A DNA stretch of 64,000 nucleotides from a virus. Lineage: Duplodnaviria; Caudoviricetes. A model generated the notes under the pieces. That model was not told the DNA's origin, ran no database searches, and saw only the letters and a list, made by a program, of their open reading frames with translations. Made by a program: the position numbers and the translations under genes. Each line of letters opens with the position of its first letter. Within the stretch, counting starts at the first letter, position 1. The stretch covers positions 96,001 through 160,000 of IMG/VR virus record IMGVR_UViG_3300028591_000073; one strand, 5' to 3'. Of the stretch, positions 18,328 through 29,088 are shown piece after piece.

Positions 18328-21087
18328 TTACTTGATTTCAGCGGAGAATGAACCCAATGATTTTTGCATAAATCGAACAATCGAGAATGTCGATGTATTT
18401 CCAGATGCATTTGTAAAGGAAATATTTCCACAATCTTCCAAATCCGTATTAAAGCCATTGACCCATGCGCTATTCTTCTTTATGGATTGTGGCATTGCAA
18501 AGTATGCATATTCACCAGAACCAGCGTTGAATGAATAACTACCATTTGCAGAGGATGCTAACTTAGAATTGGACAATGCCAGAATCCATGCGGATGTATA
18601 ACCACCTGTGGGTTCTATCGCACTTCCCCAATATACTTTATGCAAGAACGAAATGGTTTTAGATGCAGTTGCACTCTTTTGTCCATCGGAAACCGCTAAG
18701 GTGAATGTCTTATTAGCAGAGATATCCGTTGTATAAGAAGCAGTACGAACCGTTTCATCTGCCAATATACACCCAGTCAATGTCTGAGATGTGATATCCT
18801 TGTTTACCGTCCATGCGAATGTGACACCATTTACAACCGTACCAATCTCATACTGCGTTGTTGCAGGTGTCATGGTGAACGAAGTAATGGACGGATCTAC
18901 ATAATACAATTTCTCCAAGATACCATCCAATGCCAATTTGACATTGGTAAAGTCTGTAAATGAAGCATTGTCATATGAGATATTCTCTGCAGAATTACCC
19001 AATGCAGATGGATTCAATAATGTGACATTACCATCATTATCCGTGCCAAGAATCTTATTGGCATTGATAACACCTTGGGCTTTATCTACCTTTGTATCTA
19101 AAGCATCTGTTACAGTTGTTTGATAATCATTAAAGTCGGATATGTCCACCTTCAAAGCTAACGCATCATCCACTTGTGTCTTTGTGTAGGTAGTAGATTT
19201 ATCTGCCTTGTCATTGGTCAATGTTTGAATGAAACTATCCACTTCTGTCTTCGTGTATGTGGTTGCAGCATCAGCTTTATCGTCTAATAAAGCATCTGTT
19301 TGAGTTTTGGTATACACATTATCCGTACCAGCTTTTGCATCTAACAAAGTATCAACTTCTGTTTTAGTATATGTGGTTGACTTGTCAGCTTTATCATCTA
19401 ATAAAGTATTGACTTCAGTTTTGGTATAAGTTGTTGTAACATCAGCTTTATCGTCCAACAAGTCATCTACTTCGGTTTTGGTATACGTTGTTGACTTATC
19501 AGCCTTATCATTCAACAAAGTATCCGTTTCCGTTTTGGTATACACATTATCCGTACCAGCTTTGGTATCGAGCAAATTATCCACTTCTGTTTTGGTATAT
19601 ACATCAGTGGAGTTTGCTTTTTTGGCAATCTCAGTATCTTGTTCAGCTTGACCTTGTGTATATGTGGTGGTGGCCACCTTATCATCCAACTTGTCATCAA
19701 TGATGGTTTCCAAAGCTTTTAATGCTTGCATATCAGCGACTTTCAATGCAGCATTACCCGTCTCATCACCGACATAAGTGTGAGCCACATCCACATTTCG
19801 ATTCAAGTAAACATCAAAATCAATTCCGCCAGCAGATTCAATGGTCAATAAGGTATTTGCAATTACGATAGATTGCATCAGATGTCCTGATTCAGAATCG
19901 ACATAGTAGTACCAGATCTCATCTTCTTCATCGGTATACTCCGTACCGTCTTTGGTATATGTGACTGTGCCATCTTGATTGAGTGTTGGCTCCTCGTCAA
20001 CAACTTTGGCTGTCGATTGACCTAATATTTCCAATGTATGTTCAATCTCGGCAATCTTTGTGTCATATTCTGTTTGTGCAACCTTTGTATCTACCTTAGC
20101 ATCAACGGTAGTAATGTTATCGGCAATATCGGAGAATTTTAATGTAACAACTTTATTCTGAACAGCATTCTCTGATGTATTGGATAATGCATCATCAATC
20201 GTTGGTGTATCGGTTAGATCCGTATAAGAACCAGTTGTGGCAACCGTTGCCAAATCTGCAGAATCAATCTTATCATCCAATAAATCATCCACTTCGGTTT
20301 TGGTATATGTGGTGGATTTATCAGCTTTATTATTCAACAAAGCATCATCTTGTGCTTTGGTATAAGAATCACCAACATTGGCTTTTCCATTCAATAACGT
20401 ATCAACTTCTGTCTTGGTATAAGTGGTTGACTTATCTGCTTTATTATCCAATAACGTATTGACTTCTGTCTTGGTATAAGTGGTTGACTTATCTGCTTTA
20501 TTATTTAACAAAGTATCTGTTTGGGTTTTGGTGTAGACATCAGATTTATCGGCTTTTAATGCCAATAAGGTATCTGTTTGGGTGATGGTGTAAACAGATG
20601 TTTTATCTGCTTTTAAATCCAAAGCATCATCAATCTCTTGTTTGGTATATGTGGATGTCTTATCCATCTTCAAATTCAACAAAGCATCATCTTCTGCTTT
20701 GGTATAAGAATCTCCCACATCTGCTTTGCTATCAAGTAGATCATTGACTTCAGCTTGTGTATATGTTTCTATCTTAGCATAAACATCATCCACATTTGCT
20801 TTTGCATCTAATAATGCATTGGTTTGTGTCTTGTTATAATAATTCAATAAGTCTGCGGAAGAACCACTACCACTGAGTGGACGCCATTTACCAGTGGTAT
20901 CATCCACATCATTGGCAACATTATACAGATATACACCACCATCTTCTTCATTGGTTGCAATGTATAATGGTGGAAGATAATTCTCAGAGAAAGATTTCAT
21001 TGCATCAAGTGTGACAAATCCTTGACGGGAGAAGTCGTAGTTTTTACCACGATAATCCCATCCATTTAAAATAGAAATTCCAGGCAT
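18328..21087 (-). CDS. Long fibre protein with two arrays of 19-aa repeats
   Basis: Repeated YTKTEVDxLLxxKADKSTT; beta-rich C-terminus paralogous to that of 21103..22260. Confidence 0.8.
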   Translation of the reverse strand: MPGISILNGWDYRGKNYDFSRQGFVTLDAMKSFSENYLPPLYIATNEEDGGVYLYNVANDVDDTTGKWRPLSGSGSSADLLNYYNKTQTNALLDAKANVDDVYAKIETYTQAEVNDLLDSKADVGDSYTKAEDDALLNLKMDKTSTYTKQEIDDALDLKADKTSVYTITQTDTLLALKADKSDVYTKTQTDTLLNNKADKSTTYTKTEVNTLLDNKADKSTTYTKTEVDTLLNGKANVGDSYTKAQDDALLNNKADKSTTYTKTEVDDLLDDKIDSADLATVATTGSYTDLTDTPTIDDALSNTSENAVQNKVVTLKFSDIADNITTVDAKVDTKVAQTEYDTKIAEIEHTLEILGQSTAKVVDEEPTLNQDGTVTYTKDGTEYTDEEDEIWYYYVDSESGHLMQSIVIANTLLTIESAGGIDFDVYLNRNVDVAHTYVGDETGNAALKVADMQALKALETIIDDKLDDKVATTTYTQGQAEQDTEIAKKANSTDVYTKTEVDNLLDTKAGTDNVYTKTETDTLLNDKADKSTTYTKTEVDDLLDDKADVTTTYTKTEVNTLLDDKADKSTTYTKTEVDTLLDAKAGTDNVYTKTQTDALLDDKADAATTYTKTEVDSFIQTLTNDKADKSTTYTKTQVDDALALKVDISDFNDYQTTVTDALDTKVDKAQGVINANKILGTDNDGNVTLLNPSALGNSAENISYDNASFTDFTNVKLALDGILEKLYYVDPSITSFTMTPATTQYEIGTVVNGVTFAWTVNKDITSQTLTGCILADETVRTASYTTDISANKTFTLAVSDGQKSATASKTISFLHKVYWGSAIEPTGGYTSAWILALSNSKLASSANGSYSFNAGSGEYAYFAMPQSIKKNSAWVNGFNTDLEDCGNISFTNASGNTSTFSIVRFMQKSLGSFSAEIK
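20405..20504. repeat. 57-bp-period tandem duplication (43 nt identical) in the fibre gene
   Basis: ACTTCTGTCTTGGTATAAGTGGTTGACTTATCTGCTTTATTAT at 20405 and 20462. Confidence 0.85.
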
Positions 21088-21102
21088 GTTTCTTCACCTC
21101 CA

Positions 21103-22260
21103 TTATGTGAAATCAATCTTGATATTATCTGCCGCAGATGGATCAATCTGAGTATATACATAATAATCAATATTGTCAATCTTTAATTCTGTACGAGCAA
21201 ATGTTGTTGTGTAATTGATGTTATTCACATTATCCATGATCTTTGTTAAAGCACCGAGCGACTTTGGATATGCATAAACGACTTTACCATAGTCCATTGT
21301 AATTCCAGAATAAGAATATGCTTTGGAATTCTTCAATGTCACATTCAATGCTTTTACTTGAGATTCTGTTGGTTGTGAAATATCACTTCCAACTGTACCG
21401 TAGTAAGAACGTCCGATGAATACGACATTAATACTCGATGTTGTTGTAGATTGTGAATCAGATGCTGATGCGGAAAACTTAATGGATTCTTTGATTGGTA
21501 TAGTGGGTTTGTAAACATATGTGAATGTACCACCGCTTTTCACATTTGTCGTAATTGTTTGTACAACCGTGTCATTGACATAGAATTTCACATTGACAAT
21601 GTCTTCTGTATTCTTCTTCACAACTGCTGTTAATGTGACTTGTGCAACAGAAGATGTGACTGCATCATATAATGTGGAAGATGGTGTAATTGCCAATGTG
21701 CATCCAGGCTTTGTATATTTGATAAGAATGTCACGAATAATCGTTTCCAAATCAGTACCTTTTGCATATGTCTTACCGGGTGTGATCACACCAATCGTCT
21801 CAGATGCCACAAGTTCTTTAGACAATGTGGAACTACCACCACTATCTTCCAACAATGTATCAATCTCTGTTTTATTATAAAACATATTATTGATTTCCGT
21901 TTTGGAATATACGGATGATAGATTTGCTTTTGTTTCATTTACTGTGGTAATCTTTGCATTAACTTGAGCAATCTTGGTATCAATCTGCGCTCTGGTATAA
22001 GTGTCAGATGTGGAACCACCACCGCCTCCACCACCAGGATTTGGATCATAGTCAGGGAAATAATTGGATAAGTTGTTCAGATTAATGATTGTTTGGGTTG
22101 CAGAATCATAAATCCACACTTGTGGATAGATCGTTAATAATTCCAACACTTCATCCAATGTCGCATCATAATTTAATAATGGACCCATTTTGTTGATTGG
22201 TTTTGGAATCCATGCAAATCCGTCATCGGCATGGCGTGCATAAATATCAACTAATGCCAT
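21103..22260 (-). CDS. Fibre/virion decoration protein
   Basis: YTRAQID/YSKTEI/YNKTEID repeats, poly-Gly linker, Ig-like beta-rich C-terminus. Confidence 0.7.
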   Translation of the reverse strand: MALVDIYARHADDGFAWIPKPINKMGPLLNYDATLDEVLELLTIYPQVWIYDSATQTIINLNNLSNYFPDYDPNPGGGGGGGSTSDTYTRAQIDTKIAQVNAKITTVNETKANLSSVYSKTEINNMFYNKTEIDTLLEDSGGSSTLSKELVASETIGVITPGKTYAKGTDLETIIRDILIKYTKPGCTLAITPSSTLYDAVTSSVAQVTLTAVVKKNTEDIVNVKFYVNDTVVQTITTNVKSGGTFTYVYKPTIPIKESIKFSASASDSQSTTTSSINVVFIGRSYYGTVGSDISQPTESQVKALNVTLKNSKAYSYSGITMDYGKVVYAYPKSLGALTKIMDNVNNINYTTTFARTELKIDNIDYYVYTQIDPSAADNIKIDFT

Positions 22261-22274
22261 ATATGTTCACCTCT

Positions 22275-22697
22275 TTATTCTAATGCATCAGGTTGATACG
22301 GGGTATCTGCTGCAGAATAAATTGCAACAAGTGTATCTTCCGGAAGCACATTGATTTGTGATTGTGTGGGATTACCATTCAAGGTAACAATCTGAGATTC
22401 AAAGCCAACAAGTTTCAAATTACCATTTGCACAATCTTGTTCTACGGAAATGGATGTATAGGCATTCAATACACGATAAACGGTTTCTGTACCAACATCC
22501 ACCACAAGTGTGTTACGTACATAATTTTTACCGGATTCGTAATCTTCAATAACTGCATTACCACTACCGCCTCCACCACCGATAGATTCAATCTGTTGTA
22601 ATTTTTCGGAAATGGATTTTATCAATTCAGATTGTGTTTTAATAATCGCTTCTAATTGTTCAAATACAGAATCTCCTTGTACTGCCATAATTATCAA
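22275..22697 (-). CDS. Virion structural protein
   Basis: Coiled coil, poly-Gly linker, small beta domain (DYESGKNY..TLV..VYRV). Confidence 0.6.
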   Translation of the reverse strand: MIIMAVQGDSVFEQLEAIIKTQSELIKSISEKLQQIESIGGGGGSGNAVIEDYESGKNYVRNTLVVDVGTETVYRVLNAYTSISVEQDCANGNLKLVGFESQIVTLNGNPTQSQINVLPEDTLVAIYSAADTPYQPDALE

Positions 22698-22701
22698 CTC
22701 C

Positions 22702-22911
22702 TTATTCTTGTTGATCTATCCAATACTGCAGTCTTGTATCAATATTGGATAGATACGTATTTGTGGATGATAAATATTCCAATGTCGTTTCCAAATTTGC
22801 TTGTAAACGTTCCAAAACATATCCCCACGAAATCAATTTTACTTGATCATCATCTGGGAGATTGAATGTCACGGGACGATTTGCATTCGATGGATTAAAT
22901 TCAGTTGCCAT
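22702..22911 (-). CDS. Small coiled-coil protein
   Basis: RBS GAAAGAAG before MATEFNPS; the ORF-track extension to 22968 runs through a palindrome. Confidence 0.6.
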   Translation of the reverse strand: MATEFNPSNANRPVTFNLPDDDQVKLISWGYVLERLQANLETTLEYLSSTNTYLSNIDTRLQYWIDQQE

Positions 22912-22974
22912 ATGATCAACTTCTTTCATGAAAAGATTAAAGTGTGCGGGGGATATCCCCCGCACCATATTATG

Positions 22975-24816
22975 TTACGGATTTGGATTTTCTAAAGCTT
23001 CCACTCTTGCTTCCAATGCTGTTACATCAGATGCATCTGCTTTGCTTTCAAGTGTTGTATTGATAGTTGTAATCTCTCCCACAATACCAGTTGTTCCAGT
23101 ATCTGTATCACCATTGATTGTTGTATCAAGTGTACCAACCTGAGTATTCAGTGATTCAACAGTGGTATTGAGTGAACCAACTGTCGATATTAGTACGTCA
23201 ACAGCAGCAGATGTTGCATTCGCAGTTTCCAATGCGGAAGATGCATTTGTTGTTGCTGTTGTTATATCTGTCTGAAGTGTTTCAATATCGGATTGTGCTG
23301 TTTCCATATCTGCCTTCAGATCAGAAATATCTGTAGTATGTGTTGTTGTCAATGCAATCAACTCATCAATTGCATTTGTATTGTTCTGGATACGATTTTC
23401 AACAGACATTGTTTCTACATCGCCATCTACAGCCAGAGGTACGAGATAACCCATGGAGATGTCAGTTGTCAAGTTACCACTTGCGATGAAGCCCTTGGTT
23501 ACTTGATATAATTGACCCCACTTATTCCATGTAAGTTGACCCTTAACAAATTCGACATCCTTTGCATAAGACAATGTTGCCAACGGAATTGCTTCCAATC
23601 TGGAGACACGTGTTTCGAGAGATGTGAGACGGAGGTCCAATTCAGTATTATCAGACTGCACGGTTGCTTTCAATTCTGCAATATCATTTGCATTTTTCTC
23701 GATATTGAGGATATTGGTATTGACAACAGTTCTGAGTTCATTGATTGCATCTTTCATTTGGAGAATGTCAGCTTGAATTGTGGTAATTGTTTCTTGCATT
23801 GCATTCACTGTGGATTTCAATTCAGCAACCACATTCTCAGTTGGTTCATACATGGCATTGTATACTGGAGCTGTGTTGGGAACCGCAATCAAATCGGACA
23901 TAAATGCAGTAAAGTTTAGCTTCAGTCTGGTTGTCAGATTTGCTTGGAATGGAATGGATTGCTCAATCGGTGTGGATGCAATCAATACAGACTGATCAGC
24001 CAATGTATTTCCAATGGTATCATGTTGCAATACAATCTTTTCATTATTATCCGTGAATGCATAATATGGATTAGCATCGACGATATGATCGTAAGTATTG
24101 ATACATGTACCATATACTTCCAGTTTATCCAGATGCAATCTGTAGATACCAGAATAATCCATTGCTGGAATATTTGTCATAAAGATAGACTTCATAGATT
24201 CTACATAGAAATCACGGATATCGGTAAAGTGGAAACATAAGTCAGGTGTGGTTGCTGTTGCAGTATTCGTATATACAACGGCATTCTGCTCATCATACAC
24301 GGAGAAGTATAATCTGAACAATAGTGGAGCTTGGATAATGTTGAAGTAATTATGCATTTCTTCTGCTTTCTGAGAAATGCATTTACACAAATAATCCGAC
24401 ATGATGGTATTCTTCTTGATTCCCTTGGTAAGATCAAATGTGCCAAAGAGATCAATACAAGAAGGATCTGTTCTTCGAGATATTCTTGTCACAACAGATT
24501 CTGCCATATTAAGCAAATTACCATACTTCACATGTGTGTTATCATACAGATATGGATTGTAATTCAGTAACATGAATGCAGAACCATGCATTGGTCCATT
24601 GACTGGGAATTCTTGTGGAAATGGAAATCCCTTCATTTCATGATAACAATGATGTCCATATGTGTCTTGCACACAAGGATCAATATATGGATACGGGGGA
24701 GGTGGAAGGGGTTTGATTCCCGTACAATAATTTGTCATAGGATCTGGTCTATGATCATATGGAGGTCCCATCGGAGGATAAGGCTCTCTGTAAAATAGAT
24801 CTCGATAAGTTGCCAT
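22975..24816 (-). CDS. Coiled-coil virion structural protein
   Basis: Long heptad segments, LEARVEALE C-terminus, structural module context. Confidence 0.7.
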   Translation of the reverse strand: MATYRDLFYREPYPPMGPPYDHRPDPMTNYCTGIKPLPPPPYPYIDPCVQDTYGHHCYHEMKGFPFPQEFPVNGPMHGSAFMLLNYNPYLYDNTHVKYGNLLNMAESVVTRISRRTDPSCIDLFGTFDLTKGIKKNTIMSDYLCKCISQKAEEMHNYFNIIQAPLLFRLYFSVYDEQNAVVYTNTATATTPDLCFHFTDIRDFYVESMKSIFMTNIPAMDYSGIYRLHLDKLEVYGTCINTYDHIVDANPYYAFTDNNEKIVLQHDTIGNTLADQSVLIASTPIEQSIPFQANLTTRLKLNFTAFMSDLIAVPNTAPVYNAMYEPTENVVAELKSTVNAMQETITTIQADILQMKDAINELRTVVNTNILNIEKNANDIAELKATVQSDNTELDLRLTSLETRVSRLEAIPLATLSYAKDVEFVKGQLTWNKWGQLYQVTKGFIASGNLTTDISMGYLVPLAVDGDVETMSVENRIQNNTNAIDELIALTTTHTTDISDLKADMETAQSDIETLQTDITTATTNASSALETANATSAAVDVLISTVGSLNTTVESLNTQVGTLDTTINGDTDTGTTGIVGEITTINTTLESKADASDVTALEARVEALENPNP

Positions 24817-24848
24817 AACTCATTCTTCCTTTCTTATTTTATTATGAA

Positions 24849-26498
24849 TTATCTATAACGCTCACCCCAGCCATAGTCAACAATGACTGGACCGTTACGT
24901 TTTTCATCATATGCAACATTTGCAGAATGTAAATCTGTGATTGTGATTCTGACATTCTTATGATGTCTACTATTATATCTATCGAGTGCTCGTTCAAATC
25001 TTTCTCTGAGTTCAGATGCACTAACAGAAACTGCCGATGATGAAGATGAAGAAGATGACGATGATGGAACCCTTGCTGGTCGGATTCGTTCCATCTTCAA
25101 TAAAGTATACTCCTCATAAGAATCCAACACCTTTGGTATGATTTTAATGTCATCGGGATCACCGGTATTACTGAGCATCTTTGTGATATCAGCTTCTGTT
25201 TTATTTGAAGTAATACCCCATCCGGATAATGCAATTTTATAAATAATATTTTGGTCGCGTAGAGGGAAGAATACACCTCTGGATTGTCCCCATACCGGGG
25301 CATAATCGTTCAAACCACCATGCAAATCATCATCTGATACAAGCCATACATTATACATGACAAATTTATATGGTATACCAGAATCAATACATGCCTTTGT
25401 GAACTTCGCCAACAAACGTGGATCTTGAATCGTTTTCCAATATCTCGGATTCAAACATTGTTGTTGTACAATCTGATTTGTGACAGTGTTCAAACTCATT
25501 TGGAGAACTGCTAAATCATCACCGATATCTGTTAAATCACGGACGATATCTGTATTCTTACTGAAATCGATATCTGTATCGAATACCTTCAAGAATTGTT
25601 CATGCAGTCTTGCAAATCTTTTTTGGAATTCTTTGATTTCATTAATTGAAGTTTTGAATTCCTTTGAATCTGGATTTGATATCCGGGAAGTACCGCCTTT
25701 ACAGATACTATGAAGTGAATCCATTGCCTTTCTAAACTGATAACTGGAATTGCCGGACAGCTTACGACTTCCACTGTACATATTTAGAGAATTTACAACT
25801 TGTTCAAGATACTTAAAGAATTGATCCTGGTCTTGTCGATTACAGATCAACTTCAAAGACACAACTGCACTTTGTACAGAATTTGCTTTCTTTGGTTCTC
25901 GATCTATGATCTTTCTATCTTCATCTGAAACATTTTGAAATATTGGAGAACCCCATGTATCTTTACCTTCTCTCCGGAAGATGATCTGATTATCCCCTTG
26001 GAAGATCACCTCGATATCAGATTGAGGAATGTTAAGTGGTGGAACTTTCACCGTGGATCTCTTGTTCGTTGGAAGCTTGATCGTGAATGTACGAACACCA
26101 CTTTTCACACTTGTGCTAATATTTGGATTGTTTGTGACTTTAGGAGCAGCAGTTGGTTTCACTGTTCCGACAATTTGTGATGCAATTGTATTTGGTGTTT
26201 TCTTTCCTTTGTTCTTAGAAAAAAGAGAAACAATTGCATTTACCATTTTTGAAATCGCACGGTTGATTGCTTCGAATACTTTCTTTAAAAATGAGATGAT
26301 CTTATTACCAAACGATTCTTTTGGAGCTGTAGCAGCTGCTTCTTGTATCGTTAATTCTGGATCTGTTGCATATTCCATCATCATGTATTCTTTTTCAAAC
26401 AATGCATTCATCGTGTCAAACATTTCCATTTGATATTCATATGATGTATCGTTTATTTGATCAATCTCGTATAATATCTTTTCTATCACAAATATCAC
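24849..26498 (-). CDS. Protein kinase-like protein with a virion-type N-terminal region
   Basis: WGQSRGVF, IYKIA, NKTE, IPKV, LKMERI, DLHSAN, IVDYG in kinase order. Confidence 0.75.
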   Translation of the reverse strand: MIFVIEKILYEIDQINDTSYEYQMEMFDTMNALFEKEYMMMEYATDPELTIQEAAATAPKESFGNKIISFLKKVFEAINRAISKMVNAIVSLFSKNKGKKTPNTIASQIVGTVKPTAAPKVTNNPNISTSVKSGVRTFTIKLPTNKRSTVKVPPLNIPQSDIEVIFQGDNQIIFRREGKDTWGSPIFQNVSDEDRKIIDREPKKANSVQSAVVSLKLICNRQDQDQFFKYLEQVVNSLNMYSGSRKLSGNSSYQFRKAMDSLHSICKGGTSRISNPDSKEFKTSINEIKEFQKRFARLHEQFLKVFDTDIDFSKNTDIVRDLTDIGDDLAVLQMSLNTVTNQIVQQQCLNPRYWKTIQDPRLLAKFTKACIDSGIPYKFVMYNVWLVSDDDLHGGLNDYAPVWGQSRGVFFPLRDQNIIYKIALSGWGITSNKTEADITKMLSNTGDPDDIKIIPKVLDSYEEYTLLKMERIRPARVPSSSSSSSSSSAVSVSASELRERFERALDRYNSRHHKNVRITITDLHSANVAYDEKRNGPVIVDYGWGERYR

Positions 26499-26505
26499 TC
26501 CTTTC

Positions 26506-27795
26506 TTATTCAGTTTGCATCTTTAATACTCGTTTGAGAATATAGATAATAATTGGTGTCCACAAGAATATCTCTTGTCGATAAGTGTTATCAAATAATT
26601 GATTTCCTGTGTAGGTGGATAATTTGCGAATGGATGTTAATTTACCATGTACGAAATCATGCAAAATAGAAACATAATCAAATCGTTTTAATTGATAAGA
26701 TTTATCAAAGCATGTTTCTCGTTTCAAACATTTTCGACACATGGTGATATCACATTGACGAATATCTTGTTCATTCTCCAATATCTCAATCACGCGATCA
26801 GGGAAATAGTTTTCACAATTTGGTGATTGACACCATGGGTCATTTGGAATCATGACATCCACATCAGTTCCATAGTTGTAGAATGTGGAATCCACATACG
26901 ATGTCCCCTTTATCGTATGAAATTTGAATGTGTCCAGATAAGACAATGGAGCATCTCGTTCAATCCATTTATATGGAGACTTTTGATATAGATCTTCCAA
27001 TCTTGGATCTCGACATTTATTTGGATTCAAAACAATATTACCGTTGGCATTATCTCGAATCATGACGGAATTTCTCGCCATGAAATAATTTCCACACATA
27101 TCAAACAAACATCGTCCATTCAAATGTAACAGATAACAATTGTTTTGTCGATCATAAAATCTGGCATTGTAATTTTCCACCATATCATCAATCATCTTGA
27201 TCAGTTTGGATCGTAATTCATAATCTTCGATCCCCAATACCGGTGTGAGGTCTTCACCACCAATTGTTTGCATATCGAATTGCAATGTTTTGGCAACCTG
27301 TTTCTCCAAAGCATCTATTTCAGTTGGATTTGTGGTGTATAAAGCATAGCTAATTTTGTATGACCCGTCGGTGTTTAAACCATCTTGCTGCACTTGTGTC
27401 ACTCTCATCAAATGATTCATGTGTAGATTATTGAGAATAAAGAAGTCATTCTCTTTTGGCATAATCGTTCCAGGAATAATGAAAGCTTCACCTTGGATTT
27501 CATAATTACGAACTTGGGTTTGTGAGGCTTGTCCTTCTTGTGGTTGCAATTGTGAGAATCCCAATAATACAAACTGTTTGATCTTGTTAAACCTTAATGG
27601 AGAATCCACACCAAGTATCTGATAATGTGTCTCCATACCCAATGATGTGGTGGTTTGTTGATCGTTAATATTGTAATATGTGACAAGTATTCTACCATCA
27701 CCAGTATACTGTGTTAATCTGGAATGTAAAAACATATCATATTTGTACATCTGGTTCTGTGTTAATGATTGTTGATCATAAATTAATTGTGACAT
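26506..27795 (-). CDS. Jumbo-phage virion structural protein (possible neck/head-tail)
   Basis: VTYYNIN..T..LG...ILGVDSPLRFNKI..GEAFIIPGTIMPKENDFF pattern; late-module context. Confidence 0.6.
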   Translation of the reverse strand: MSQLIYDQQSLTQNQMYKYDMFLHSRLTQYTGDGRILVTYYNINDQQTTTSLGMETHYQILGVDSPLRFNKIKQFVLLGFSQLQPQEGQASQTQVRNYEIQGEAFIIPGTIMPKENDFFILNNLHMNHLMRVTQVQQDGLNTDGSYKISYALYTTNPTEIDALEKQVAKTLQFDMQTIGGEDLTPVLGIEDYELRSKLIKMIDDMVENYNARFYDRQNNCYLLHLNGRCLFDMCGNYFMARNSVMIRDNANGNIVLNPNKCRDPRLEDLYQKSPYKWIERDAPLSYLDTFKFHTIKGTSYVDSTFYNYGTDVDVMIPNDPWCQSPNCENYFPDRVIEILENEQDIRQCDITMCRKCLKRETCFDKSYQLKRFDYVSILHDFVHGKLTSIRKLSTYTGNQLFDNTYRQEIFLWTPIIIYILKRVLKMQTE

Positions 27796-28107
27796 GTTAT
27801 ATCACCTCTATTCTATATTAAAAGATTTATGATTGGGTTTGATTGGTGTATATAGTACCTGTATATATGGATTTATTAATATCTTTATAATATTTTATAA
27901 TAAAAACTGTTACTACATATTGACGGGATGATAAGAGGAGAGTATATAATATTATACATAGTATATACAATGTATACTATGGGGAATGAATATGAATATA
28001 AGTAATATCAGTATATTGTATACATTTACTCCGCCAAGGAAATCCTTTATGTTATGATAATGAAATGAACCCGCCGAAAGGCGGGTATTCTATTATTCCT
28101 TCTCTCT

Positions 28108-28142
28108 ATCTATATATAATTAATATGATATAGAAATATATC
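28108..28142 (+). promoter_or_regulatory. Putative phage early promoter, copy 3
   Basis: ATCTATATATAATTAATATGATATAGAAATATATC. Confidence 0.7.
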
Positions 28143-28222
28143 AATATTATTATATCTGGCATATCATGTCATAGGAACCTATTTAGGTCGATATGTTCAG
28201 ATTCCAAAAAGGAGGAATACTT

Positions 28223-28921
28223 ATGACAACATATGAATTTAAAATGGAAAAATTATCAGAGGACATGGGTATCTGCACTCGATATATTGAAGACTGCTAT
28301 GGACCCATGTTCAAAGTCTGCACTCCTGGTGCAGACGAGAAACATCTATTTCTAGTCGGTGAAACAGATGTTGAAGTTAGCTATGATGCTAACAAACAGC
28401 CGACTATCATCATCGGTGGCAGTAAGGTATTCAAACCGGATGAATATCTCGATGATGAAAATGATGCCACATCATGGGTTCTCGAGACCCTCGGCTCTTC
28501 TGCTATAATGTTGCTTACAGGACATTCTCTGACCGAATCTGCGAAGGAATTTGCGTATGAAATCAGAGAGGAATTGAATTCATCCTTAATCAGTGCAAAA
28601 ACACTGGTTGAGAATTCTGCTGGTACTGATCATGACATGCATCAATTCTTCACCGTCATCAGAGATGAATTCCAGGACATGTCCTGGAACATTCAAGAGC
28701 TGGTACGAGACCTTGATGTGATGCTAATAGAAACACTTGTGGATGCCGGAATCCCAAGTGGAACTGTTGCAGATTCATTAAAGTCCACATATACATTTGA
28801 CGAGTTGTGCCAAATGGTACAAGAATTCAATGAAGCCGGCAAGTATGAATGTCAGCTCTTCGTAACGGAAATCCTGCGAACTATTCCGCAGAAAGAGCTT
28901 GATAAGAGATGGGAGCTGTAA
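28223..28921 (+). CDS. Hypothetical cassette protein, paralog of 9865..10503
   Basis: RBS AAAGGAGG; shared C-terminal motif. Confidence 0.75.
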   Translation: MTTYEFKMEKLSEDMGICTRYIEDCYGPMFKVCTPGADEKHLFLVGETDVEVSYDANKQPTIIIGGSKVFKPDEYLDDENDATSWVLETLGSSAIMLLTGHSLTESAKEFAYEIREELNSSLISAKTLVENSAGTDHDMHQFFTVIRDEFQDMSWNIQELVRDLDVMLIETLVDAGIPSGTVADSLKSTYTFDELCQMVQEFNEAGKYECQLFVTEILRTIPQKELDKRWEL

Positions 28922-29088
28922 TATGCTCCTGTCTCTACCCCTTCGGGGGATCATCATATCATTCATTCACTTTTCTTTTTTTCACATGTATATTATTAGA
29001 TTGACCGGAGGTCAATCTGTTATTATATAATAATATAGAGGAATAGACCAAAGGAATACACAAATAATGAAAGTGAGGTTATGTAGTT

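Noticed and set aside
13271-22260. Diversity-generating retroelement acting on the fibre genes
   Set aside because: No reverse transcriptase in the window and no TR/VR pair with adenine-specific differences was seen
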